Below are positions 23,434 through 37,179 of a stretch of DNA of 64,000 bases, piece after piece. The notes below the pieces were generated by a model. That model ran no database searches, was not told the origin of the DNA, and saw nothing but the letters and a program-made list of their open reading frames with translations. This DNA is from Macrostomum lignano. Taxonomy: Eukaryota. A program made the position numbers and the translations under genes. The stretch spans positions 1 to 64,000 of the forward strand of contig NIVC01003642.1 of NCBI GenBank assembly GCA_002269645.1, written 5' to 3'. The stretch's first letter is position 1. Each line of letters opens with the position of its first letter.

Positions 23434-26400
23434 ATGTTCAAGCGGGTATTCCAGCGATCGCGCAGGGTTAAGGATGAGGCGGAGTCGGGTGAGTAATGCG
23501 ACGTCGTTGAAGCAATTAATGTCCTTGTCCATGGGTACGTCGATATTAAACATTGGTTGCTAGCTCGATTTTCGGCGAAAGCTTGCCTCCCTTTGCCGAT
23601 ATTTTCCATTTTGAAGCAATGAAATTTGCTCATTTCTAAACAAGTCAGATGTAGCTTATAAGGATGGATATACACTACCTGGATCGCAGATTCTATACAT
23701 GTCACTCTATACTATACAGGCCCCAAAAACCCCGGGGTTAAGGCCATAGACACCAGCTGCTGCTGCTGCTAATTTAGCTCGTACTTGAGAGCAGCAGAAT
23801 CTACAGTCTATGGCCTGAAACCCGAGGTTTTCGCGCTGCGGCTAGAGTGGCCCATCTAGGTAACATAGTCTCTAACCTAGATCGCTTGGTAGCATCCTTG
23901 CTACTTCAGTTGTCATGGTTCATTGTTTCTACATTGCTAAATTACTCTGCGTGACTCATTTCTACCAGACGATGACACTGACCCCATGGTGCTGAAGAAA
24001 AAGGTCGAAGTGAAAGAGAACTCCAAAGTCGAAACGGATTATACAATTCACGAGGTGATTGGCAGGTAATCTGAGGGGCTGTTGAGCTTTGATAATTTTT
24101 GACGACTGTTAGATACCACCGGATTACCCAAAAACACTGGGTGCACTAAAATCCCATCTAGTAGTACCTCAATTTATACTCATCACTTCGATAAACCCAA
24201 CACCTAAAAACTAGCTAAACAACACTAAAATACTCGTATAGTACAATTTAATCAAGAAATATCGGCCACCCCAGTAACACCAAACACCCCAAAAACCACC
24301 CCAAAAACACTCATCACCTCAAATAAAACCCACCATCCGAAATTAAATCCACCACCCCAAAAAAGCCACACCCCAAACAAAACCCACCACCCCAAAATAG
24401 CCCACCACCCCAAATAAAACCCACCACCCCAAATGAAACCCACCACCCCCAAAAAACCCACCACCCCAAATAAAACCCACCACCCCAAATAAAACCCACC
24501 ACCCCAAATAAAACTCACCACCCCAAATGAAACCCACCACTCCCAAAAAACCCACCACCCCAAATAAAACCCACCACCCCAAATGAAACCCACCACCCCC
24601 AAAAAACCCACCACCCCAAATAAAACCTACCACTCCAAATAAGACCCATCACCCCAAATAAAACCAAGCACCCCCAAAACCCCCACCCCAAAATGAAACC
24701 CATCAATAAAAAAACCCCAACACTTCAGCAACCGTCGCCCCCTTCCAATGAGGCAGCATCGCCAAACCTTGCCCGCCTTCCCGCAGCGGTCGCTTCGGCG
24801 AAGTGTGCAGGTGCACCGAGAAGGCCACCTCGAAGCAGTTCGCCGCCAAATACCTGAAGGCTGGCACCGAGGACGAGCGCGAGAGCGTGGCCAACGAGAT
24901 CACCATCATGAAGAGGCTGAAGCATCCCCGACTGCTGCAGCTTTACGACGCGTACTTATTCAAAGATGAATACGTTCTCATCGTTGAGCTGTGAGTAGCT
25001 TGCCAGATTCTTGTTCCTCGTCAGCCATTCAACCAACCTTCGGGATCTTCAGCAGTGAAGGAGACCCATGTTCTGAAACTCAATTTCAATACTTTCCTTA
25101 ATTCGTTTTGGGGGTTGTCGAAAGTCAAGTGCCCTCATGGGAGAAAAGTCCCTAAAGCCGCTCTGCCCTTTTAAGGGACCTTTTATAATACCTTTTATAA
25201 TACCTTTTAAAATACAGCATCACAGGCGGCGAGCTCTTCGATCGGGTGATTGACGAGAATTTCGATCTGACCGAGTCCAAGTGCGAGAAATTTATGACCG
25301 AGATTTGCGAGGGCATCGAGTACATTCACTCGCAAAATGTGCTGCATCTCGATCTCAAGGTTGGAGCGCCGTGAAGTTTCACTTGAAGTCTTCGGTTATT
25401 AGTGACTGCTGTTGTAGTGAAATTGGCGTTTGTAAGACTGATATAAGGTATCTATTGGATCTAGATAGTAGATAGGATTAGCAGATGGATTATTTACCAG
25501 ATATTGATGGATTAGTAGATACTTCGTAGATTAGCTAAAAGATTTAGACGGAGTATTAATCGAATATAGATATGAATAGGTAATTTGCAGGATTAACCAT
25601 TTGATTAGTAGACAGATTAGCGACAGGATCGAGATGGATTAGTAGACGGATTAACGACAGGATCTATATGGATTAGTAGACGGATTAGCGACAGGATCGA
25701 GATGGATTAGTAGACGGATTAGCGACAGGATCGAGATGGATTAGTAGACAGATTAGCGACAGGATCGAGATGGATTAGTAGACGGATTAACGACAGGATC
25801 TATATGGATTAGTAGACGGATTAGCGACAGGATCTAGATGGATTAGTAGACGGATTAGCGACAGGATCGAGATGGATTAGTAGACAGATTAGCGACAGGA
25901 TCTAGATGGATTAGTAGACAGATTAGCGACAGGATCGAGATGGATTAGTAGACGGATTAACGACAGGATCTATATGGATTAGTAGACGGATTAGCGACAG
26001 GATCGAGATGGATTAGTAGACGGATTAACGACAGGATCTATATGGATTAGTAGACGGATTAGCGACAGGATCTAGATGGATTAGTAGACGGATTAGCGAC
26101 AGGATCGAGATGGATTAGTAGACGGATTAACGACAGGATCTATATGGATTAGTAGACGGATTAGCGACAGGATCTAGATGGATTAGTAGACAGATTAGCG
26201 ACAGGATCGAGATGGATTAGTAGACGGATTAACGACAGGTTCTAGATGGATTAGTAGACGGATTAACGACAGGATCTAGATGGATTAGTAGACGGATTAA
26301 CGACAGGATCTAGATGGATTAGTAGACAGATTAGCGACAGGATCTAGATGGATTAGTAGACGGATTAGCGACAGGATCTAGATTGATTAGTAGACGGATT

Positions 26401-29400
26401 AGCGACAGGATCTAGATGGATTAGTAGACGGATTAGCGACAGGATCTAGATTGATTAGTAGACGGATTAGCGACAGGATCTAGATTGATTAGTAGAGGGA
26501 TTAGCAACCGGATCTAGATGGATTAGTAGAGGGATTAACCACCGAATCTAGACAAATCACAGCAATCCCCCGCAGCCGGAGAATATTCTGTGCCTGACTC
26601 CCAACGGCTATCGCATCAAGATCATCGACTTTGGCCTGTCCCGCTCGAACGCCGCCAACCTCCGCGTGATGTTCGGCACGCCTGAGTTCGTTTCGCCCGA
26701 GGTTCTGGCCTTCGACCCTGTGGGCCCGCCGGCCGATATGTGGTCCGTGGGCGTCATCTGCTACGTACTGTGAGCCGCCGGCCTGGCCTACCGATGGGGC
26801 TTTGCTTTGAAAGTGATAAGTGTATCGATGGAGTGAAAGTGTGTCGATAGAGTGACAAGTGTGTCGATAGAGTGACAAGTGTGTCGATTGAGGGACAAGT
26901 ATGTCGATTGAGTGACAAGTGTGTCGAATGACTGACAAGTGTGTCGATGGATTGACAAGTATGTCGATTGATTGACAAGTGTGTCGAGTGACTGACAAGT
27001 GTGTCGATGGATTGAAAAGTGTGTCGATGGATTGACAAGTATGTCGATAGAGTGACAAGTGTGTCGATGGATTGACAAGTGTGTCGAATGACTGACAAGT
27101 GTGTCGATGGATTGAAAAGTGTGTCGATGGATTGACAAGTATGTCGATGGATTGAAAAGTGTGTCGATGGATTGACAAGTGTGTCGATGGATTGACAAGT
27201 GTGTCGATGGAGTGACAAGTGTGTCGATGGATTGACAAGTGTGTCGATGGAGTGACAGATGGTGTGGAAGGTGTTTTGGATAGATCTGCAGTGAAGTGGA
27301 TGTGTGCGTATGCAGTGAAAATCCGTCAGCAGTCCAAATTGCAGTTGCTGGGTGACATTCTATGGCATACTAGTAAATAGCTCGTAAATATCGCAGTTTA
27401 TGGTTTACTTTTAGCAGTTGACTTTATTCTTATTATGCTAATCAATCAATCAGCAGTCAATCAATCAATCAGTTTGGAGCAGCGCCAATCAGAATCCAAG
27501 TCTGTTACTCCCTTTCTCTCTCTCAGCCAGCCCTGATTGTTGCTACTCAATCAATATTCCAGCCTGTCGGGCCTCTCCCCCTTCATGGGCAAGCGGGACG
27601 CGGACACGTACGTCAACATTGCCCGGGTCAACTATTCGTTCAATTATTCCGAATTTGACGAGATCTCGACCGAGGCCAAGGACTTTGTCAAACAGCTGCT
27701 TATCAAGGACCCCAAGTGAGGAAGATCTTATGTTGGGGGGGGGGGTTGGCGGAAAGAGGCACAGATGGAAATCTTTTGTGCGAGCGGGAGTGTTCAAAAT
27801 CTTGAAATTTTACAAGCTCGATCTTACTAGCGTTAGGAGGAAAGTGGGGTAAGAGGGGCTCAACTAGGGGTGGGAGGAAAGTGGGTAGGAGAGTGGGGTA
27901 GAAGGAGAGTGGGGTAGAAGGAGAGTGGGGTAGAAGGAGAGTGGGGTAGAAGGAGAGTGGGGTAGGAGAGTGGGGTAGAAGGAGAGTGGGGTAGAAGGAG
28001 AGTGGGGTAGGAGAGTGGGGTAGAAGGAGAGTGGGGTAGGAGAGTGGGGTAGAAGGAGAGTGGGGTAGGAGAGTGGGGTAGGAAAGTGGGTAGGAGAGTG
28101 GGGTAGAAGGAGAGTGGGGTAGAAGGAGAGTGGGGTAGAAGGAGAGTGGGGTAGAAGGAGAGTGGGGTAGGAGAGTGGGGTAGAAGGAGAGTGGGGTAGG
28201 AGAGTGGGGTAGAAGGAGAGTGGGGTAGGAGAGTGGGGTAGGAGAGTGGGGTAGGAGAGTGGGGTAGAATTGGTTCAGTTTTGCCGCACTCTGAGCGACA
28301 TCACAAGTGTTTGAAAGCGATTTGCCGCACTGGCCCGTGCACCGGAGCGCGTAAAGGTTGATTTGAAGGCGGAAAAAAGAGTGGAAATAGTAAATCACTG
28401 CACAGAACTGCAGCCGCTTTAGGCTTTGCGCGGGCAAGGCTTCGGGCAGGCAGTGCTTTGCTTCATTGCCCGGCTGATAGCTGCTTTCAGAGACGAAAAA
28501 AGTGCATCGAACCAGAGAAACCAGCGGAAACTGTTTGGACATCTCTGCTGCAGAGAATCGCTCGCTGAGGGAGGCTGCAAGCTGCTGATAAACAGTAGCG
28601 CAGACTTTCGCGCATTCGCTGCCAGATACAAAGTGAAGCCCAACATATCATGGAATATTAAGTACAAAATCTGGAGTTAGAAGCTGCTGTCATGGAACAC
28701 TAGAGACAGTATCTGGCTGGTATAGAAACACCAGCTGAGGCCATGGAACACTAGAGACAGTATCTGGCTGGTATAGAAACACCAGCTGAGGCCATGGAAT
28801 TCTAGAGACAGTATCTGGGGTATAGAGACACCAGTTGAGGCCATGGGATTCTAGAGACAGTATCTGGTATAGAGACACCAGCTGAGGTCATGGAATTCTA
28901 GAGACAGTATCTGGTATAGAGACACCAGCTGAGGCCATGGGATTCTAGAGACAGTATCTGGTATAGAGACACCAGCTGAGGACATGGGATTCTAGAGACA
29001 GTATCTTGTATAGAGACACCAGCTGAGGACATGGGATTCTAGAGACAGTATCTGGTATAGAGACACCAGCTGAGGACATGGGATTCTAGAGACAGTATCT
29101 GGTATAGAAACACCAGCTGAGGCCATGGAACACTAGAGACAGTATCTGGGGTATAGAGACACCAGCTGAGGACATGGGATTCTAGAGACAGTATCTGGTA
29201 TAGAGACACCAGCTGAGGTCATGGAATTCTAGAGACAGTATCTGGTATAGAGACACCAGCTGAGGTCATGGAATTCTAGAGACAGTATCTGGTATAGAGA
29301 CAGCTGAGGTCATGGAATTCTAGAGACAGTATCTGGTATAGAAACACCAGCTGAGGCTATGGAATTATACAGACATGGAGTCTGGAGAGCCATGGAGAGA

Positions 29401-31203
29401 CATTGAGAGACAGATACAGTATCTGAAATGGAAGACAGTACCAGACACATCACCCACTGCTTTTTAAATCGCAACCGATTTCTCATCCAGATATCGTGTT
29501 TAGAAGTCCATGGCCCAATCCAAACGCGCGTCAAAAACTTGGCTTTGATGAATCATCGACGGCCCCAGGCTGCACCCTGGCCTCATCCGCCAAGCAGGGA
29601 GACTGGGGATTATCTATGTGATCCCCACTTTATCTGCATCTCCTACCTTCCTCCCTAATACCCCGCCAGCGCGAGCGCCTGAACTTTTAAACACTTTTCC
29701 CAGATCCAATTATTGACTTCGGAACCTTGGGGTTCGAAGGAGGGCTTGTAAATATTGGGCTAAGAACTGGGCCTCCTGTACTTTTCCTGACGGAGCCTTA
29801 CACACCCTGCCGGCTTCCAATCCTTCCATTGCAGGCGGAGGAACACGGCTGCCCAGTGCCTGCAGCACGCCTGGCTGAAGGTAAAAAGCTGCTGAATGCG
29901 ATGCCGCCTTCAGACCAAATAGTTTTCATTACCGTTTACCCGTGCGCTGGATTAGCGTAGCCCGTTCTATCACCGTTGGTTGCTGTGCCCCGTTTGGCAT
30001 TACCAACCTGCACTGTACACTTTTCTCTGGTGCTTCGGTTATCTATTGATTATATTTATTATCTCTGGTTATCTATGATTATCTATTGATTATCTATGAG
30101 TATCTAATGATTCTTTATTGATTCTTTATTGATTTTTTATTCTTTATCTACCATCTGCTTTTATATGGATCTAACTCGCTTTCGTCTCCTCTCATCCCTT
30201 CATCTCTCCTCTCATCCCTTCATCTCTCCACTCATCCCTTCATCTCTCCACTCATCCCTTCATCTCTCCACTCATCCCTTCATCTCTCCACTCATCCCTT
30301 CATCTCTCCACTCATCCCTTCATCTCTCCACTCATCCCTTCATCTCTCCACTCATCCCTTCATCTCTCCACTCATCCCTTCATCTCTCCACTCATCCCTT
30401 CATCTCTCCACTCATCCCTTCATCTCTCATCTCATCCCTTCATCTCTCCACTCATCCCTTCATCTCTCCACTCATCCCTTCATCTCTCCACTCATCCCTT
30501 CATCTCTCCACTCATCCCTTCATCTCTCCACTCATCCCTTCATCTCTCCACTCATCCCTTCATCTCTCCACTCATCCCTTCATCTCTCCACTCATCCCTT
30601 CATCTCTCATCTCATCCCTTCATCTCTCCACTCATCCCTTCATCTCTCATCTCATCCCTTCATCTCTCCACTCATCCCTTCATCTCTCCTCTTATCCCTC
30701 AATCTCTCCATTTTTCCTTCATCTTTTCGCTCCACTATTCGTCTCCGCCCATCAGTTCATTTTATTAGTTTATTAAACTCTGGATCTTTGATCCTTCATT
30801 ACCTCTAATCTCTTCAGCTCGGTTCTCACCTTTCATTTGTAATATTTTTCTTTATCTCCGCTCGCAGATATTAGAGAAAATACATTGACTATTGATGTAA
30901 ACACTCATCAGAATTACTCACCCAAGTCTACTGTCAGTAGGCCGAAAGCGTATAATTTATAATTTTATTATCCATCCCCAGAATCCGAAAAAGTCTACCA
31001 GGACCGGCCACGTGTGCAAGCGGCGCCTAAAGAGCTGGGTTTACCGGCGGAAGTGGCACGTGAGTGGGCCTCGCTATCTGCTTCAATATCTGCGTATTCG
31101 AGCAGTCTGGTGGGCCAAAAATTTAAATTAAATCTTACTACCATTTCAGAAGGCCGTCTTTGCCATCGTGGCGCTGATTCGAATGGGCGGCTCCTTCGAC
31201 TGA
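23434..31203 (+). CDS. MYLK: Myosin light chain kinase-like Ca2+/calmodulin-regulated Ser/Thr kinase; 9 exons, ~340 aa
   Basis: Exons 23434-23488, 23969-24065, 24787-24990, 25218-25359, 26576-26769, 27563-27715, 29835-29880, 30982-31059, 31150-31203 (1023 nt = 341 codons). Motifs: IGSGRFGEV, FAAKYL, HPRLLQLYDAY, ITGGELFDRVIDENFDLTE, HLDLKPENILC, IKIIDFGL, VMFGTPEFVSPE, DMWSVGVICY, LSGLSPFMG, FDEISTEAKDFV, QCLQHAWL. These are followed by the MLCK-type calmodulin-binding helix RRKWHKAVFAIVALIRM. The first (ATG) exon is predicted from phase compatibility and a GTGAGT donor. Confidence 0.92.
23701..23857. mobile_element. Small palindromic MITE-like element in MLCK intron 1
   Basis: Inverted repeat AAAACCCCGGGGTTAAGGCCATAGAC (23726-23751) / GTCTATGGCCTGAAACCCGAGGTTTT (23806-23831). 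An outer pair CACTCTA/TAGAGTG is present. GAGTGGCCCATCT (23845-23857) is shared with the right TIR of the 20.2-20.6 kb MITE. Confidence 0.5.
24275..24715. repeat. C-rich 19-20 bp minisatellite (CCCACCACCCCAAATAAAA)
   Basis: Tandem copies in MLCK intron 2. Confidence 0.9.
25600..26540. repeat. 34-bp minisatellite (GATTAGTAGACGGATTAGCGACAGGATCTAGATG)
   Basis: Tandem copies in MLCK intron 4. Confidence 0.95.
26810..27258. repeat. 20-bp minisatellite (GTGTGTCGATGGATTGACAA)
   Basis: Tandem copies in MLCK intron 5. Confidence 0.95.
27865..28268. repeat. Purine/G-rich 13-16 bp minisatellite (GGAGAGTGGGGTAGAA)
   Basis: Tandem copies in MLCK intron 6. Confidence 0.95.
28690..29365. repeat. ~47-bp minisatellite (CATGGAATTCTAGAGACAGTATCTGGTATAGAGACACCAGCTGAGG)
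   Basis: Period of 47 measured between copies at 28861, 28908 and 28955. Confidence 0.95.
30180..30700. repeat. 20-bp pyrimidine-rich minisatellite (CTCATCCCTTCATCTCTCCA)
   Basis: Tandem copies in MLCK intron 7. Confidence 0.95.
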
Positions 31204-31343
31204 CCGCCGAGTTGCTTCGTCATGACCGAGCCACTAAGAGCTGTCTGTCTGCTGAAACTCATTGCTTTCTTGGGCTTTGCTTTTGGCTCGAAACAATGGA
31301 CAAGTATCGGGCATGTTTGATTAGATTATAATGTTTAATGGCT

Positions 31344-31640
31344 GATTAGAATGGATTGCTAATCTAGCCAATCATCACGTATGGATGATTAGAATGGATT
31401 GCTAATCTAGTCAATCATCGCGTATGGATGATTAGAATGGATTGCTAATCTAGTCAATCATCGCGTATGGATGATTAGAATGGATTGCTAATCTAGTCAA
31501 TCATCGCGTATGGATGATTAGAATGGATTGCTAATCTAGTCAATCATCGCGTATGGATGATTAGAATTGATTGCTAATCTAGTCAATCATCGCGTATGGC
31601 TGATTAGAATGGATTGCTAATCTAGCCAATCATCGCGTAT
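31344..31640. repeat. 43-bp minisatellite with core AGAATGGATTGCTAATCTAG
   Basis: About 7 copies downstream of the MLCK stop. Confidence 0.9.
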
Positions 31641-32124
31641 GAATTGATTGCTAATGTAGCATGCATTGATTAAATGTTATGCATGATCTATCTATCGGTA
31701 ATAAATCAAAACTTGTTCCAAAAATACCTTGAAAGATAATTGAACTAATTATTCATTTTTTATGATTAATTCACATATCTGTTTGCGTAGTCAATGTTTC
31801 ATTGGATTATATATATGCATATATTGAACCTTTTTAATATGACATTAAATTTTGTACTCTAGCGCAATTCAAACACTCACCCCAATGCTTATTCGAACTA
31901 TTAATTAATCATTAATTATTTATATCAAGTTGCTCCTATATGTCTTGGATTTTTGCTTTGCATATTTTCATTGCACAATAAATCCACACAGATGCTGTCC
32001 AACTACTATTTGAGTAGCTTAAACAGCTTTAAGAATATTTGTGCTTCTTCCTGTCCTGTCAGGAGTGCAAGAGCGTCCTTTAGTACTGTTAGTAGATTGA
32101 TTAGTTTCTTTAGTAGCTGAGTAA

Positions 32125-33031
<907 letters not shown>

Positions 33032-33472
33032 CGTGCATGTAAACAATGAGGCAAGCTCTTCATCACACTGGGCCTCGTCAAGTACACCTTATCAATAGTT
33101 AAGGCGGTCAGACCGGCATCAGGTGTGCAAAAATTCCCTCATAAAGCAGCACTTCATAATCTCAGCTGTCTGCATCTTTCCCCTAGCGCAGAGGAGCCGA
33201 CCAGAGAGAAAGCAGAAGTGTGCTGCAGCAATCCAGGAAGGCTAATTGGATTCCGCGGGGCTGCAGGGAAACGGCAAACAATAATGATGAGATGAGGGCA
33301 GGGTACGCGCAATTTGTTCGACCGGTCAGGCCAGGGAATTGATACCGCTAAGAGTCTATCTAGTCTCTCTGCCCGAATGCGATTGCGTCATCAAATTCGT
33401 GTTTGCCTCCTCGGCTTGGATTGGGGATAATTGGTGCGCTTCTTCTGCCCATATCCGTCTCTGGGGATGCAT

Positions 33473-34170
33473 GCTCTCTCTCTCCCCCTCTCTCTCCCCC
33501 CTCTCTCTCCCCTCTCTCTCCCCCCTCTCTCTCCCCCCTCTCTCTCCCCCTCTCTCCCCCCTCTCTCCCCCCTCTCTCTCCCCCTCTCTCTCCCCCCTCT
33601 CTCCCCCTCTCTCTCCCCCCTCTCTCTCCCCCCTCTCTCTCCCCCCTCTCTCCCCCCTCTCTCTCCCCCCTCTCTCTCCCCCCTCTCTCTCCCCCTCTCT
33701 CTCCCCCTCTCTCTCCCCCCTCTCTCTGCCCCTCTCTCTCCCCCCTCTCTCTCCCCCCTCTCTCTCCCCCTCTCTCTCCCCCCTCTCTCCCCCCTCTCTC
33801 TCCCCCCTCTCTCTCCCACCTCTCTCTCCCCCCTCTCTCTCCCCCCTCTCTCTGCCCCCTCTCTCTCCCCCCTCTCTCTCCCCCCTCTCTCTCCCCCTCT
33901 CTCTCCCCCTCTCTCTCCCCCTCTCTCTCCCCCCTCTCTCTCCCCCTCTCTCTCCCCCCTCTCTCCCCCCTCTCTCTCCCCCTCTCTCTCCCCCTCTCTC
34001 TCCCCCCTCTCTCTCCCCCCTCTCTCTGCCCCCTCTCTCTCCCCCCTCTCTCTCCCCCTCTCTCTCCCCCTCTCTCTCCCCCTCTCTCTCCCCCTCTCTC
34101 TCCCCCCTCTCTCTCCCCCCTCTCTCTCCCCCTCTCTCTGCCCCTCTCTCTCCCCCTCTCTCTCCCCCCT
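33473..34170. repeat. Pure polypyrimidine tract (CCCCCTCTCTCT)n
   Basis: Direct; ~700 bp almost without purines. Confidence 0.97.
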
Positions 34171-34317
34171 CGCTGCCACTTGTTGTCAAGCTAACTATCA
34201 ATGGTGAGACACAGTGAAATTGAGTTTCTGGATGCTAAAGTCAAAATTAGTACATACTGAAGTATTATATTAGCGATTTAGCATTTTGGGGAGTCATGTT
34301 GGATGAGAGCCATTGTT

Positions 34318-35375
34318 CGAATGTGAAAGTGCCATTTCGGATGTGAAAGTGCCATTTGGATGTTAAAGTGCCATTTCGGATGTGAAAGTGCCATTTCGGA
34401 TGTGAAAGTGCCATTTCGGATGTGAAAGTGCCATTTAGGATGTGAAAGTGCCATTTAGGATGTGAAAGTGCCATTTCGGATGCGAAAGTGCCATTTCGGA
34501 TGTGAAAGTGCCATTTCGGATGTGAAAGTGCCATTTAGGATGTGATAGTGCCATTTAGGATGTGAAAGTGCCATTTCGGATGTGATAGTGCCATTTCGGA
34601 TGTGAAAGTGCCATTTCGGATGTGAAAGTGCCATTTCAGATGTGAAAGTGGCATTTAGGATGTGAAAGTGGCATTTCGGATGTGAAAGTGCCATTTCAGA
34701 TTTGAAAGTGCCATTTCAGATGTGAAAGTGGCATTTAGGATGTGAAAGTGGCATTTCGGATGTGAAAGTGCCATTAAGGATGTGAAAGTGCCATTTCGGA
34801 TGTGATAGTGCCATTTAGGATGTGAAAGTGCCATTTCAGATGTGAAAGTGCCATTTCGGATGTGAAAGTGCCATTCGGATGTGAAAGTGCCATTTCGGAT
34901 GTGAAAGTGCCATTTAGGATGTGAAAGTGCCATTTCGGATGTGAAAGTGCGATTTGGATGTGAAAGTGCCATTTCGGATGTGAAAGTGCCATTTCGGAAG
35001 TGAAAGTGCCATTTCGGATGTGATAGTGCCATTTAGGATGTGAAAGTGCCATTTCAGATTCGAAAGTGCCATTTCGGATGTGAAAGTGCCATTTCGGATG
35101 TGAAAGTGCCATTTAGGATGTGATAGTGCCATTTAGGATGTGAAAGTGCCATTAAGGATGTGAAAGTGCCATTTCGGATGTGATAGTGCCATTTAGGATG
35201 TGAAAGTGCCATTTCAGATGTGAAAGTGCCATTTCGGATGTGATAGCGCCATTTAGGATGTGAAAGTGCCATTTCGGATGTGATAGTGCCATTTAGGATG
35301 TGAAAGTGCCATTTCGGATGTGATAGTGCCATCTAGGATGTGAAAGTGCCATTTCGGATGTGAAAGTGCCATTTC
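34318..35375. repeat. 20-bp minisatellite (GATGTGAAAGTGCCATTTCG)
   Basis: Tandem copies. Confidence 0.95.
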
Positions 35376-36084
35376 ATAGGACCGAAATTCGAACCAGAAA
35401 CTACGCGGAGAGTGTGACCTGCGCCAGAATCCAGTCACGGGGACAGCTCGAACTGAAAACCGCAGAACTGAGTGGTGCAGGGGCTGACCTACAGCCGGGG
35501 TTGAAGCAAAACAAACTGACAATTCTTTCTACAATTTTTTCAAGCAGCAAAGACAGAACTGCTGGTTGGAAAAGTTCACGCAGCAGTTTATAGCCTCCCA
35601 AAATCGAGTTGCTAAGCTGATGGGGAAATTCTCCCGCTCCGCTAATTACATAGCATGTCAGCTGGCTCCGGTCTCGCACCTTCGTCGAATATATCCTCTT
35701 CGGGGCTTGTGTGCTTCTTCCGCATGCAGAAGATTTTGGATTCTCGTGTCTTGGGCCGGGATCAGCGGTTGCTAAGGGGGGCTGACTGAGGGGCACCTGA
35801 CGCTCCCAATGGGTCGGCGATAGGCGAACTTCTGCGGGGACTTCCGCGACCTCGCAGTCTGTGACTCATCAAAAACGGTTTCAGAAAGTTTGGAAGAGAG
35901 AGACGGCAACCTGCCGCGGGAGAAGATGAGAGGCAGGCAGCTTAGCAATGCTGTTTCTTTTAACTTGCTCCATCCTCTTCTGCTTCCCCTAGAAGACAGC
36001 AACTGCTGAAGATAACTTTGTAGACGAAGAACACCAAGTCTCTGTCAAGAGAAGAGCTTCTTTTTCGGGTGATGTGAATTTTTG

Positions 36085-36250
36085 CGCTTGTGTCATTGCG
36101 TAAAAACTGCGCGCTTGTGTCATTGAGTAAACTGCGCGCTTGTGTCATTGAGTAAACTGCGCGCTTGTGTCATTGAGTAAACTGCGCGCTTGTGTCATCG
36201 AGTAAAAACTGCGCGCTTGTGTCATTGAGTAAACTGCGCGCTTGTGCCAC
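36085..36250. repeat. 25-27 bp tandem repeat (CATTGAGTAAACTGCGCGCTTGTGT)
   Basis: About 6 copies. Confidence 0.9.
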
Positions 36251-36399
36251 GCGCATTCACCCCCTACACATGTATGCCACAGTGCAAGTATCAGCCGCAT
36301 GGCAACCTGGCATAAGATTTTATTAGTTCCTCGGGACGGGCCGGCGGCTGCTACAATCGGGATGAGTCATCAATTCGGCGCTGAGTTTCGAGCTGAGTT

Positions 36400-36970
36400 T
36401 GAGGGGTGACTCACTGGAGCGCCGGGGCGAGAGAGAGAGCGAAATTACGGATTAACCGGTCGTCGCGGGATTAGCAATGCATATAAATGAAATTACTGGA
36501 CTATAAATTACAGCAGCGCATTGGGGAACGGCGATTTGGGAGGGAAGATGAGGCGGAGAGGCTGAGGAGCAATTGAAGGCCGCGCGGGGCGATGCAGATG
36601 GGGAGAATTCTGGCATACATGTACAGGAGCGAAGGCGCCGCTGCCCGAGCTAAGAAAATGACGCAATCAAAAACTTCATTCTGCAATCTCAATTGGAGTC
36701 TGGGGGAGACCGCAACAAGCTCCTAGGGAATTTCGGGGATTCCAATTTGGTGTCTGGGGATCAAAAAGAGAGGCGGATCGCTGGCGGACTCGTGAGTTTC
36801 TTAGCTCAAAAATATTTCGGCCTCCGAGAGACCATGCCGCATCCCTTCTCCCCAGTTTTCCCATTTTTCTCTCGCCGTCGCTTTTATCCACCCTCGGGGA
36901 TTATTTAAGGTCCCGCCGCCGCTCCTTTCCCCTTCGCCCCAGTTCCTTGGCAGCGAGCAGTACTCGGTGA
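36400..36970 (+). promoter_or_regulatory. Possible promoter and non-coding first exon
   Basis: GC-rich unique island with two TATA-like motifs (ATATAAAT ~36481, CTATAAAT ~36501) and a strong GTGAGT donor after 36966. The downstream partner exon is unidentified. Confidence 0.25.
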
Positions 36971-37179
36971 GTCACCTCCCGCCGCTCCTAGATGCAATTT
37001 TTTGTTTGCAGCTTCTCAAACCGCGGCAGTCTTTTTGAAGACTGTCATGGCAAAGAGGCATAGCGGGCCTTGCGCCTGCTAGACTGATATGAAAACCAGG
37101 GCTTGAAAGCGCCAAGTCGGAAAAAGGAAAAGCACCACCGGTACTATGAAAACACAGAACTTCAAAAAGTTGCTTTTAC

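Noticed and set aside
28423-28680. ORF with RGQGFGQ, resembling the GNAT acetyl-CoA motif, inside MLCK intron 6
   Set aside because: No other GNAT features or compatible exons are present, and a short motif is likely chance.
28690-29365. Regularly spaced 30-47 bp repeats resembling CRISPR arrays (also 25600-26540, 41715-42600)
   Set aside because: The units are contiguous with no unique spacers, there are no cas genes, and the context is eukaryotic.
35380-36080. Unique GC-balanced segment with several short ORFs on both strands
   Set aside because: No recognisable motif and no consistent splice model in any frame.
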